A stretch of 64,000 nucleotides of DNA from Balanoglossus misakiensis (taxonomy: Eukaryota > Animalia > Hemichordata). Positions 13,310 to 27,200 of this stretch are shown here, one piece after another; within the stretch, counting starts at the first letter, position 1; every line of letters starts with the position of its first letter. Both the position numbers and the translations under genes were made by a program. The stretch is from the NCBI GenBank assembly GCA_040954595.2, contig CM082576.2, positions 16,105,028 through 16,169,027 of the forward strand, read 5' to 3'. Under the pieces are notes generated by a model. That model was given only the letters and a program-made list of their open reading frames with translations. It searched no databases and was not told the origin of the DNA.

Positions 13310-16300
13310 TGGATAACCTCGTTACCCACTGATGGTAACTTCCTAATTCATCAGACGATGGAAAAAAGCATTTGAAGACTAACCTGCACTTGAAGGGTTA
13401 GATTCTGATAGGTTACTACTTGTTGCAGATCTATCTGTGCTCTGTCCGTCTCTGCTGCCCATGTTTGGTTGTGTGGCAAACAGTGGAGTGATGGGTGGTG
13501 AGATGTCATCTATGTTGATTCCTGAAATACATGCAGCTTTTTAGTAACAGCTGTAAAAAATATGCTGATATACAACTATGTCCATGTGAGTTGAATTGAA
13601 ACACCATTGAATTGAAACAAACTCACAATATGTGTCAAATCAGTCATACCTGGTGTATGTAGCATATTGGCACTGTAATTGTTTACATTTGATATATGCA
13701 CTGAAGAACAAATATCCTTTCGTTTTTAGCTGAATTGTCATACAAATAGAAATAACAAATAAAAGATTGCTGGAAGAATTGCTAATTACCAGTACACAGC
13801 AAGTTTTCCTGTCAGCCATAAAGATTGATATATGGTCAAAAGATTTTTTTTTTTTAAGTTTATGAATAAATGCCATGAAGCAAAATGAATTGGCGCAAAT
13901 ATTATGGACAAGGAATATAATGAGAGTTTTTTTATTTTGGTTGATTGTACCTTGACAACAGGCTATAGGCAAGTCCACTTTCTGTCCTGCGATGTATTTC
14001 ACGGAGAGAAGGTGGGCTTACCCTGCTTGGTGCCAGTATTTGAACCTTTCTTGGCAGACTTTGAACTGTACCTGTGCCTGTGTGCCTGTGTGTGTGTGTG
14101 TGTGTGTGAACACCCACATGGGCATGTCAATGGCAGTGAAAATGTCTTGACAAAATTAAATGGCAGAGTACATGTGACACTACATTGTGATTTGTATGAC
14201 AGCATGACACACTGGGTGTAGTTTTACTTGATAATGAGAAAACTAGAACTACTGGCTTAAAAGTACTTGCAGCTTTCTCATACACTGTGCAGAATTGTTG
14301 ACTGTACCATGACAACAGGCAATAGGCAAGTCCACTTTCTGTCCTGTGATGAGTTCACGGAGAGAAGGTGGGCTCACCCTGCCCGGTGGTGGTAACATGT
14401 TAAAATGTAGAAATTACACTAAATATTTGTGTGCTGTACAACCCATCACCATGCCTACAAAAAATGTAGGCATGGTGATTCGTAACAGCAATTTAAATAT
14501 GGCTGTGGCTTCAATGACATCTATCAATGCCAATAATGACGCTTCATTTTTGTAGTGGACGGCACGGTACATGTCCAGTTTTTCTGACAATTATTGATTT
14601 GAAGCCAGGCTACACTTTGAACTACTGAATTGGTTTGTTGGCAAGTAGGTGACTGCACATAATGCATGATTATAGTATATCATCAACATACTACCTCTGT
14701 CTACTTGCAATATATGAATGACATCGATGAGAACATGAATGCAGAGACACATTTTCCTAAGTGTGGAATTTTTACTTTTGATGGGAGAACCACAAACACC
14801 TTTGTGAGGGGCTTCTGGCTCTGTCATCAGATTGAAGTAAAAATCCACACTACAGAAATGTTTTCTACAACTCTGCCACTGAGTGAATTATGAGTTACTG
14901 TGGTTGCTATAGAAACATGCATGGCATTTATGGCATGGTTTTGTTCTCATTTAGGGAAGTGAAACTTGTGAGAATCCTGAAAAAATAGTAATTAACATAC
15001 TAGTACACAATGTCTTTTCTTACAAATTTACAAATACAAATATAATTTTTTTTAAAAGATATGTGCACTGGAACTTGGAAGTGATATTAAAATTTAAACT
15101 CTTTGTGAGTAACATTTACTGCATGGACCTGCCTGCAGGTAAGTTTATTTTGTAAAATTTGGTCTGCATCACACCGAAATTACTTCAGGCACCTGTTGCT
15201 GAGTGGCATATTTGTGTCTGTCATTTTAATAGAAGAAAATGATCAATATTTTTTTTCCAGTATGGTCTGATACATTTGTTCATAATATGGAATAACTGTG
15301 ACAGTTTGTATGGCTATAGACTACTTCAGGATAGGGTATCTGCAATGCATGATGGTATAATTTGCGTTCAACATAGCGTCTAGTACATGGCTAACGCACG
15401 CGATCAGAACACAAACTGTCCCACAACACCCTGCGTTATTCTATCCACGAAGTGGTCCATGTCATCTCTTCCTGAAAGGCCACAACCAAGTGTCAGCACA
15501 GACTGTTTTATCGCAGTCCTGATAATTAATTGCCATCACTAATCCAGTCCATTTCTTTGCATGTGGAAATGCACGTACATGATATTGATGACATAATTCC
15601 TATTTTAAACGGACCCACTTCAGGTTCTGTTGCCCTGACAACAGACACGGTCACCTTGCGGCTGCCAATATGTCTTAATCCTACACAAACAATCACTCTG
15701 TTACTTATTGACAAGACTCTACTAGTGAATGATTTGAAAGAATTTGCACTGAGCCGTACCATCCCATTAAAAATGATTTGGGATAAACTTCTGAAATCTT
15801 AAATCCTTCTCAACACTTCTTCCTGATTTTAGCAGATTAAGTGTTGGTACCCGAATGCAGGATGAAGACAATTTGGTTGCAATCAAATGACAAAATAACA
15901 GCTCACATGTTCATTCCACAAACCATCTGAACATACTGGTACTTAGTTTATATATTGATAAAGGTTTATCACATGCTTTTCTACTGGACAGGTGAAATAA
16001 GTCTATTTAACCCTGTGGGCAAGAATCACATCTGACAAGTGTTGTTTGTGAAAACTGCTTCACAGGTGGCATGCAGATATCAGTTGATTTTTTTTTTCAC
16101 TCTAAAAGAAACTTGTGCTAATTTTTGGATTAGAGAAAAGAAATAGACCTGACTTTATCAAATATTTAAAATTCAAAATGGCTATTGAACTCTACATGAA
16201 CTCATGAGAAATATTGAAATTTGAGTCTTTCTAAATGACAGAAACACTGATATTTCTGAAACAATATTTTGCATTGTTTACATGACAATGGTGATAAGAT

Positions 16301-18752
16301 TTTCTGGAATTTGATTTCTTTGAAGATCAACTCTGTAATGTATTGTGTTGATATGTATATAATATGTGAAGTCAATGGTGAAAAGGCTGCAGGCATGCTA
16401 GAGCTATGGATACCTTCATTATGATGTGGTGGTGGGGCTAATGCCAAGAACTTCATGGTGTTATCCTTGGCTTCCTTCAACTCTTCTCTGCCTTCTGGTT
16501 TGGCTCTCTCCAATTCTTCTTGCATCTGTTTCTGCAGCTGCAGTCGCTGTCTCTTCACCTCTCTCTCTCGTTTGATTTTCTGTGCCAGGATCTTGTCCAG
16601 TTTCTTCATCTTCTTGATGGCCGCTCGGAGTTTGGGATCTTGGATTGCGTCGTCTTCGTCATCCTCCGCTTCAGCTTGTGAAGACGGCAGCTGTCTGGAA
16701 CCACGCGAGTCTGCTGTTTGTCTTTCATTTTCACTTCTGACGCTCAACTCACCATTCTCTTCAGTGTCTCCTGATGAAAAAATATAATAATAAAAAATAT
16801 TTATTGGTTGAGGTGGTCAAAACTGCAGGATGACCACTTATGCATGATCTCAAACTGACATTTTGCAAAATACTGTCAAAATTACCTCTTGAAAGCATTT
16901 TTTTCCAAAGATTCAAAATGCGCCATGGTACACAACTAAAGCTGGCAAGCTTCCAAATAGCCGCAATTGGACATGAAAATCCTTTTTATTGGGTTGGTTT
17001 AAATCTGAGCAAATTCCAACACATTTAAATAAAGTTTGCTGTGCTTTGTGATTTTTTTTGTTTCAATGACATCACCTATCAGCCGAAACTACCAAAATAA
17101 AACTTTGAATGTATTTTCTATAATTTCATTTTCTGTTCACAAAAATGTACACTTTCATGACTTTTATAAAACCCTCATATATGAACATTTGATGAAGGTA
17201 GACATATAATCATGAGGTTTACTGCTCCTCCAATATACAGTAAAACGGGTTATTTTCGCAAGCAATAAATTTGTGCGAAATACGCGGGAACCAAAAAAAA
17301 CGTGAAAATAAAAAGTTGCATAAAATGTTTTTCGGAGATAACGATGTAGTAAATGAAATAAGAGACTGCGAAAATTAATCCACGCGTAACAGTTGCCTCT
17401 ATCGATATCGCAAAAATGTCCTGTCGCAAAAATAACCCGTTTTACAGTAGTACAATGTATACAATATACTCATCAATACATGGCTGCATTTTTTGAATAA
17501 CTCTATAAATGTAAATGAAATATAAATGATGACAAATAAATTGAAATTTTCTTACTTGAACACAGCAATTGCTTCAATGTATCGGTTGCATTCTGTTCAC
17601 TGTTATCATCCTCTTCACTGTCTGAACTGTGATATTCAACAACTTCCAAATCATGTTCCTATCAAGTAATAAAAAGGTATAGGTTGAACTGATACAGTGA
17701 CAGTCTGTACTTACATGTACAGCTGGTGTAATCTTATTGAAGCTTCTATTCAACAAACTCATGTTTTTGCACATGTATACAACTTACAACTTGTGCATCA
17801 TCATCATTAACCACAGGCCTCTTTATGACACAATTTTGAACATGTTACCTGCATGATAGGAAGATAAAGTCTGGTACATAAAATGCAGGAAAACATGCCA
17901 CATTCTATAGAAAACTTAACTGTACATGTATTTGATACTTCAAAAAGACGTTTGCCGAAATATGACTGAGGTTTGAAATAAATAATGAAGGCTTTTAAAG
18001 AATGACTCAGATAATAAACTGGAATTGTCGACTATGCATGTACCAAGTCTGTTGTAACCCTACGAAGAGAGAAGTATTTGTGAAAAATAAACATCTACTT
18101 GAGTTATCAATGGCTTGCAGAGAAGTACCATTTGGTAATCACTGAAACTTTACAGAACTGTCATTTGGAAAATGTCTGAAACACATTTACAGCAGAGATC
18201 ATGCAAGACTTACATGATGAGTCCAGCCTCAGTATAGCCACATACCTCTGCAGATGTACCGCTTGGGAACATGCATGCATGAGTAGCAATGAGGCATAGT
18301 CAGCCTTGAAAGACCTGGCACAGCTGAGACACCCATGTGAACAAGGCATTGTTACCACCAATACTGCACGTAGCTATTTGAGCGATGGTCATCTTATAGT
18401 GACAGACATATGCGAGCTTTGATTGGTACTGAATGGTATTTGTCTTTTTATTTCTCATTGGCTAATACATCGTTTTAGGCTTCCAATACAGCTAGATGTA
18501 TTTGCAGAGCTGAGCTTCAACAAATACAGGATAAATCAAACGACTGAGTTCCACACCCACCTGTTGAGAAATGTCTTCAGGAGGTAGAAGTTCTAGAAGC
18601 GTGGGCGTTGTGATTCTTTGCGGAGCTCTGGTTGCCAATGGAGACGACACCCCGCTCAATGAGACCCTACTGCTGGGCCGACTGCCAGTTCTGGGTCTCT
18701 CAGTGTTTGCCCGTCTGCTAATGTCATCCAAGCTGCCACGCTCAATGTCCAT
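7879..18752 (-). CDS. FSIP1: Fibrous sheath-interacting protein 1-like (~999 aa, 10 coding exons)
   Basis: Minus-strand exons 18752-18561, 17658-17556, 16770-16414, 13521-13384, 13107-12944, 12153-12049, 11454-11278, 10914-10759, 10385-10058, 9158-7879 sum to 3000 nt in frame. FSIP1-type motifs: MDIERGSLDDISR..RTGSR, DPKLRAAIKKMKKLDKILA, DFIQRNIDLA..MTDDEKKRLEELL, GERALRDTKE..RLKEIENEL. A probable 5'UTR exon ends at 20900. Confidence 0.85.
12780..12936. mobile_element. Tc1/mariner-like MITE
   Basis: TIRs cagtcaaacct ... aggtttgactg, TA TSD, internal agtggccac repeats. Confidence 0.75.
13233..13309. repeat. (ATC)n microsatellite in an FSIP1 intron
   Basis: Read directly. Confidence 0.95.
17236..17449. 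mobile_element. TA-flanked MITE (Tc1/pogo-like)
   Basis: Near-perfect TIRs tacagtaaaacgggttatttt ... aaaataacccgttttacagta. Confidence 0.7.
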
Positions 18753-20899
18753 GTTTACGTTTCCAAGCTGATGCAGAGTGAAAAATAGCGCAGAATAGTT
18801 ACTCACAAAGCCTCGTTAACAACTTAAAAATTGGCACTGTTTGCAAACATTTTGAACTGGCAAAAGGTCAAATTTCTAACATTCTTTTCTTCCTAAGCCT
18901 GTAGTTTCTATTCTGACTTGATTCTCAAATATAAGTAACGAAACTACTACATTTTGTACTACTTAATAAAAATTCCCTGATCAAAATCACATGTATTTGA
19001 TTCCTTATTTTAAACTTTAAGAACTATCACCAGACAAACCGAAATCAGTCAATCACAATATTGTACATATAATGGCAGTAACCAAGCAGCATTATTTGCT
19101 GAGAAAACACCTGAAAATAAAAATTTCAAGAACGTTTGGAGTAACGAGATTGTTCATTGCAGACAACCACACATGCTGACATTGTGGTTGTTCACGACCA
19201 CAAGAATGCACCAAGGATGCTATTCTTGGTGCATTGCAAGAACATTTATGTTCGTACCGTGGGTTTTTATACCTGCTGACAATAACAGTGTAAAAGAAAA
19301 ATGAAAATATCAACAAACGTCCACATTATTCCTCCATCACTTTGTTTTTAACGCATTGTTTTTAAAGGCATGGTTAAATCCATGCACAGTGAAATGAAAT
19401 TATGGAGTCAAAAGTTTAAAATTAAAACATAATTTTAAATTTTGTGATAAAAGTTTATTATTAATTTGGAATCTCAGCAATTCTCCCTGGCGCAATGGTG
19501 GACCAGCTCAGCCAAGAACAATTAATTCTTGTGATGAGTTGTACTTTGTATTGTGCACCTAAATTACATCACCTGCCTAAACTTTAGACATGTATGTAGA
19601 AAGCTGTTTTGCTCTTTTCAATAGACTAGTTCATTTCATTACGTACAAGGTTAAGTATCTGTAAAAAGGATTGAATTAAAAAAATTATTGTGTATAAATG
19701 GTCCTTTGGACCGTGGTGGGTAGAATGCAGATAAAGAATCTCCAGTCATAATAATGCGTACATGTCCATGTACATGTAGAGATGATATTTGTTTGCACAG
19801 GACAAATTGCCCCAAACCTCTGTAATTATTACACCAGTCACTCTACCAAGTGACTAATGCATACATGTACATTTATGTACAACATGCATGTACATGTACA
19901 TCTACACTCAACACTAGACTCTCTCACAGCCCCTCTCGCTGTCTAATGCAGGCTAATGGTCTTATTGCATGTGTGCCCGGCGAGAGGTTCGCTACACAAC
20001 ACCATATGGGGCTTCTCCCTTGCCAAACGGTTGAGGGCGGGTCAGTGAAGAGCCTTGTTGAAGCAAACCAGGGCCTGTGAGAGAGTCTCAACACATACAT
20101 GTACATGTCGACACACATGTAACAGCTTTAAGAAACACATCCACTAAATAACCAAAGTCCATGGTCCATACATGTAGATTCAGTAAAATTTGTTGTAAAA
20201 AAACAAAACAAAAAAACATAGGAGCAGATAGCCTAAGTGTTGCTGTACTGAATTACATGTGTAGCAAAAACTCGTGTGAGAAATACGATCCCAGGTCCCT
20301 GGGAGTCCCTGGGAGTGTGAGATTCTATTAGTCTCCATATGAAGAGTGTGGACGGGACCTAATCAGGTTATCAATTTCATTTCATTTCATTGTCCCCAAT
20401 CACAATCAAGAATATGGAACAGTGTGTTTACATCTGGTGTACCACTGGCAATCCCATCTGGGTTTTTCAAATTAATATGTGTGCGCCTTTCTCTAACTCT
20501 AACTTTAGACGATAGCATCAATATTTTCTAGTCGATATATCGGGCATGTGTTATGTTTACCAGCGGTCCAAGCTCGAGGTTTTGCATTGGTTTGTGGTTT
20601 TGCCGTCTAACACACAAACCAAGGCAAACCCACTTGCTACTGAACTGCAGCTACGTACAGATCTGTGTGTTCGCGGCGTTACACGGCCTCCATCACACAG
20701 ACCTGTACGCAGGGCTAGTGTAATGTCGCGACCTCATGACCGTAACTCCATATCATGAAATGATACATCGCCCGGTGTTACTTTGACAACCACAGACGCT
20801 ACATGATGTAAACCGTTTTCATCACCCTTGTTTGGCGTGTACGTATAAAGCCGTTCGCTTTGAGATACAGTGAAATAGTGTATTCAGTCGCATACTTAC

Positions 20900-21265
20900 A
20901 TTCAAATGAAAACCTTTAGGGCTTGTCAACTTATCTCAACAGCTGAAGCTTTTCTCTGGTCGAGCTCCCGATCCTGTTTTCAACTGTCAAGATTATTATC
21001 GTCAGCCATTTTGGAATTTACTACTGCGCAGGCGCAATCTGCTCTCCAATGACCTTTGAACTTTTCACCGTGATCTCCTTTCACATGTGGAAAACACAAA
21101 GCACGTGAGTCGTGAGTGGATGGGCTGTTGTGCTGATCTGCCAGATTTTCGCTGAATCATCTGTTTTGCTTTCTTCCTAACCTATAAATTTCAGCATTCA
21201 ACATCACCTCTTCACTTAGATTTGCCAACCGCTTGTTTGTGAAAACAAGTTTGAGAGTGTTTGCC
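20900..21265. promoter_or_regulatory. Bidirectional FSIP1/APEX1 promoter
   Basis: Divergent genes about 260-370 bp apart. NRF1-type TGCGCAGGCGCA at 21025-21036, YY1-like GCCATTTT at ~21005, E-boxes CACATGTG (~21083) and CACGTG (~21102). Confidence 0.6.
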
Positions 21266-24200
21266 ATGCCGAAAGCGAAAAGAAAGGTATGTGTCGGGCT
21301 CTGATTCTGAATGACAATTGACAGCACGAGCGACTAGCTTGTTTTTGTCAGTATTTCCATGGATAAACACATCCATGACGTTCATTTTCATATTCAAAAG
21401 TCTCACAATTACTGACTGATTTGTAATTTGTATTTACAGTACCCCGAATCACAACCAAACACATTTTTTTTGTAAATAACAAAACATCAAACAAAAGAGA
21501 ACTCGATCGGCTGGAGGGGGGGGGGGGGTCCGATACGGTGATACGGTTGCCCATATGTGACAACAAAATCTCAAAACTCGAATATGTGCAAACACATTTT
21601 ATTTTTTTTATTGGACACAATTTTCCAAACTTCAGATTTGGGGAGGCATTGAGTGACCCCCTGACCACCCCCAGGTTCCTACATGTACGCCAATGTCTAC
21701 ATGTACATGTATATATGTTGGATCTGGTTCACTTAGTGGACACGACTATACCCCATGGCAACGATATCATGGCAATGAGGGTGAGTTATGGTCAGGGTTA
21801 GGAGGGTTAGGGGTGGCAATGTGAGGGTGAGTTTAACCCATACCCTAACCCTCCTAACCCTAACCCTAAAAAGCAGGGTATCGCCCATGGGGTATAGTCG
21901 TGTCCACTAAGAGAACCAGATCCTATATGTTGAGGTGACGTACCTGTAAGGTTAGTAAGTTTTGACCCTAGTCTGCCGGTCACTTTGTACATGTACTTAT
22001 GCTTTATTTTGGTGTTCTTACATTACAGTCAGCAGGAGCAGGCAGTGATGCCGAGGCAGCTAAGAAAGCCAAGGTATGCTATGTACAATTATGTAAAAAG
22101 GAGTTAAATTTGATACACTACAGACTGGTGGCTCTCATTCAGTGTGCACCCAATTCCTGTGTTCAGCGACAAACAGTGGCCCACTGCATGTATTCTCTGA
22201 ACTTGATTTAGTGTAAATAGACTTGGATGGGATAGCTGACATGTGACTACAGATAATTTGCATAGTGAATCACAGACTTTGTACATGTATTTAATATTCT
22301 TTATTTTGATGTCCTTACAGTCAGCAGAAGCAGGCAGTAGTGATGGCGAGGCAGCTAATAAAGCCAAGGTATACGTTACCATTTTATGCACAGGTCTCAG
22401 ACCAATCACCAGTATTTGTTCAGTGGTACTTGAAGAAAGTAAATGGTCACACACGAGTACAGAAAAAAAAAACGTTTTCACTCGAATTAATGAGAAAAAC
22501 AAGTTTTCCTGCATTTCTTGGACTCAGGCTGTTTGTGTCCTACATTTACATGTCTTGACCCAGCTGAACTACCAGTAACTGACAATTAAAGCCACCTCGA
22601 AATTAGCTATATATCAAATTGAGGCTCAAAATTTTGGCAAGGAAAAAATGCAGCTCTTGTTTTAAGCATAAAATACATATGGAATATTGGGGGAGGCAGT
22701 ATAACAGTCCCAGCGTAACTTTTGTAAGGATGATTAGTACTAAGTACATATTTATTATTTTAATGTTGACAGGTTGCTGATGGAAAAGATGACCCTCCCA
22801 CTTCGGAATCTTCGAATTTCGATTCAGATGCAAAAACAAGTGATGGAAAGTAAGTGTTCATAATCATGCGCATTGTCATAATTCTATGACCTGTTTGTAA
22901 ATAGAATATATCATGGGTTAGTGGTGATTACTTGTATTGGAGTAGATTTATTACAGCAGGAAATGCCAGTGCGACAGTTAACATTAAAAATATTAAAACT
23001 TTTGAGATTATGTTTCCATGTACAGCTCTATTAACCACTTTTCTTATTAAGGTAAGCCCAACCTATGGGATAAAATTAATATCAGAAAAAGTCAGCCTTT
23101 ACCTACACCTATAGTATTGCGTGGTTGTTACTTGTTATGTTTTGAGCAGTTGTCTAGATAGTAGTCAAACAATATTTGGAGAACATACGGTACATGTATG
23201 TCCCTAGACCTTCTCTATGTAAACTTACTGTATGATTGAATGTGTGCCCAGGGCCCCTCAATGGCCGATTGAAGCTCAGCCAGCTAGAGGGCAACATCAC
23301 CCTATGGTGCTTCTTCTTTGCTAAACAGTTGAGGCATGTAGAGAGCCTTGTCGCAAAACTATGGGCTGTGAGAGAATCTAATACGTCTCCTGCTTTTTTT
23401 ACCTCCACTGTCAAAGGCATATATGTACAGTGCTGGTTGTACACTTGACTGTTTCATTTCTAAGTAAATGAGAGCATGGTGTTAATTCTTTTTCTTCAAC
23501 AGGAGGTGGAATCTCAAGATTGTTTCCTGGAATGTAAATGGAATTCGAGCGTGGGTAAAGGTACGCATCATTTGTGCATAGAAAACTAGTTTTTGTCATT
23601 TTGTCTATTCTTGAGACATACAATTCAGTGAAACTTCATATTTCTGTCAGCTGTATCTGATGCATTCTAGTTACTAGTACTCCAAGTTTTAGTTTCAAGA
23701 GTAGTTCCTTTCGTTGATGTTTTTCATATCTGCTTCATCCTTTTTGTTTACTTTCTGACAATTAAATAATTACATAAAAAATCAAGGAAGATACTGTATT
23801 GTATGCATTCTTGTTTGATCATAACTATTTTTTATCCAAATGATTTTTTGTCGGCTACAGAAAGATGGACACAAATATGTTCGAGAGGAAAACCCAGATA
23901 TATTCTGTATCCAGGAAACCAAATGTCAGGAAGGGGAGGTTCCTGACGAGGTCAATTTTGACGGTTACCATAGTTACTGGTCCTCTGCAGAACAGAAGGG
24001 GTATGCAGGCACAGGGTTCTATTCCAAGACTGAACCAATGAAGGTTACATATGGATTGGGTAAGGTGGATCATTACATTGGAAAACAGCCAGGAACGATA
24101 TGTTGTTTAGTGATTATTGTGGAAATTCTTTTGTGCTTGATTGGAAATACAGCATTGCCGTGTAATCATGCAGTGTTCTGCCAAGTGTGCACTTTTGCAA

Positions 24201-27200
24201 ACAGGTGTAAAATACAGATGTGCTCCCAAATAGCAAACTTTTACGACACCTGAGTGACCTCACATCATGGCGTTTTGTTGGTACATGAATGACATGATCA
24301 TTCAACATTATGTACAGCGTTCACCCTTTTTTAACAGACAGTATTCTAAATTATAATTCCAGGATGAGTTAGAGTCCACAGATTCAAAAAGTGTGATCAG
24401 TTGTTCCAGACTTTAAACTCAAAATGGTAATCTCGTACCAACAAAATGGCAGGCCATAAAGGTCGCATAGGGGTCATGAAAGTGGCATGTTGTCATTTGA
24501 GGTCCAGAACCCCCTTGAATATCACAACTTCTAGTTTAAATAGAACTTACAGAATGTACACACAATTTTGCAACTACAATGTCATTGATACCAGATTTAT
24601 CACTTTACATGTAGGTATTCCTAAACATGATAAAGAAGGCCGACTCATTACAGCAGAATTTGAGAATTTTTATGTGGTGGCAACGTGTAAGTAAATTTTC
24701 ACCTTTTATGTCTGTTAAAGGGACAGAGTCTCTCTCTAGCTGCCCTTTTTCCATTAATTATGTTTGATAAAAGACACAGTTTATGTTTTTCTATATGTGG
24801 ATGTATAGTGCATCAATGGTCAACCACACACACCTTCCATCCCACTTGTAGACACGAGAGTGAAAAAAACTCGCCATAATGAATAATCGGTCTGTACCAT
24901 TTATTTATTTTGGGCGAGTTTTTATCCTCAAATCATACAAACTTCCAGTTCTATTGGAAAATGTCATTTATCAATTTTGATTATGTCGATTTGTTTTCTT
25001 TTGTAGACATTCCCAATGCTGGACAAGGATTGAAAAGGTAAGGCTTTTTATCTAGGTGTTCCCCACAAAAAAACATAATTGGAGCTGTAGAAAGACAATA
25101 GAGCAAAACACAGTGACGAAACAAGTTTGATAGAAATGTCACTGAACCCCAAGTGCCACACTATGTCAATGGATAGCCAGACATGTCATGCATTACCTAT
25201 ATGGTATTGGCGATTGAGTTTAAACAATGCCTGATTCCAGAACGTGTGATAGGACTTGTTACTACAGCTTGAAATGTAGAAGGCCAGAATTCATCCTTGT
25301 TAACTCTTTCACCCCTGGTTCCCGCTTTGGAGGTCCAACCGTACCATAGAAAACAATGGGCTTGGACTATACCATCGTGGTGAAAGGGTTAAATGGCAGT
25401 GATGAGTCTATTGGCTACAGAGTTACTTTATGTAGAATCCTACACCGATCCATGAATGCATTTTAACGTACAGCGATTGGAAATTTAAACAAATAGCTGA
25501 TTACTAAAATTTGGTTCTAAATAAATGTGTGATTAACATTAAGATAAACTCATAAAACCATAATTTACAAAAAGTATGAATGCAAATCAAAGCAAAGATT
25601 TTAATATAATAAAATAAATACCAATTTCCCTAATAGTCCTACTTTTCTGATGAAATATATGCACAGATCATCTTGGTTATAAGGCAATTTTGTTAAACTG
25701 CATTTACTTTTCAACGAATGAACTCATTTTACCTCTTCAGAAGTGACAAAAATTCTTCAAGTTTTCCAACTATTTAATTTCCGGCTTGACCTCTGTTTAC
25801 GTGTATTTTTGTTTCAGACTAAGCTATCGACAAGGGTGGGATAAAGACTTCAGAGAATACCTGAAGAAACTCGACTCTGAGAAGCCATTGATTTGGTGTG
25901 GAGACTTGAATGTGGCCCATCAAGAAATAGGTAGATGTGATGCATATTAGTATTCCAAGTTTCATTTATGGATCTTATTTATGTAATTTTAATTTTTGTT
26001 GACTTGTTGTGTTTGGGTTAATGATTGGACAGCATCATCAATGGAAAAGACATATACATATGTACTTATATGCATGTTGGTGGGTATGTCAGTGTTTTTG
26101 CTAAGGTTGGGGAACATTGGTAAATGACTTGGGAACCCCAGTAACGCTTCTGCTATCTACTACCGTAGTTTGCCGGGTAAGAGCCCCGGGTGCTGGGCCA
26201 ACAGATTAGCGAAAAAACAGGGGGGGGGCTTTAGCCCGGATATGGCCTCGAGATTTATGCAAATGAGGGATGGCCACCGAGACTTTTATGCACATTTTTG
26301 AGTGGTTCATTCTCCGAGTCCAAGTCGGGATCTTGGGTGTTTCGCGTCGAGGACGGACTGAAGCAGCTCCACGCGGCCGCTTTGGAAAGCTCCCCGATGA
26401 CCTCATACGCGGCAGCGCGTCCATCTACGTGATCGTTGAATTCGAGGCACGGTCCCGAGGGACCTGTCTGAGGTCATGTTTTCTAGAGCGGCTATATATA
26501 ACTCAGCGTGGCCAGTCGGCCGCGGTGGGTACGATAATCAGCGCGAAAGCAAATCATCATACATTTTTTTTTCACTTTTAGTGACTTTGGGGATGAAAAT
26601 CCGCCTTTTTTGCATTGCACTTTATTAAATTTCCAAGAATTTAATGGATATTCGGCCGGGGGGGGGGGGGGGGGGGGGGGGCTTTAGACCGGATATGGCC
26701 TCGATCTACAAATGGGCCCTAAAACCAGGGGGGGGCGTTTGTCCGAGCAGGGGTTCTTACCCGGACAACTACGGTAATATGACTGCATACTTAGATATAC
26801 TAAGGGGAACCCTGGTAAAATGACTGGGGAACCCCAGTAACATTTACCTTGGTGCCGCCCTTAACAAAAACACTGTATGTGCACAGGAATGCAAAAGTAC
26901 CAATGTTTCTGTAGGTGTTTTGAGGATAAATAAAAGTTATGTTTTCAGAAACTTGGGTACTAGTAATTGAATTTACCAGAAGTGTTGAAATACAGTTTCA
27001 CTGGCCTGTTCAATAGTCTGAAGTGATGAGACAAATGTTCGAGTGACATACATAATGTGTGTAGAATTTCTGTAGCACATATATATGTATGTATAATTGT
27101 ATGTTTTGATCTGTGGCACTGGGGAATAAACCTAGTGCTCCAAGACCAGAAAACCACTCCAGCCAAACAGAGAACATCAGGTTGGCATACTGAATTTTGA

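Noticed and set aside
26206-26581. GC-rich ORFs in an APEX1 intron
   Set aside because: Internal to a non-autonomous MITE, with no transposase motifs.
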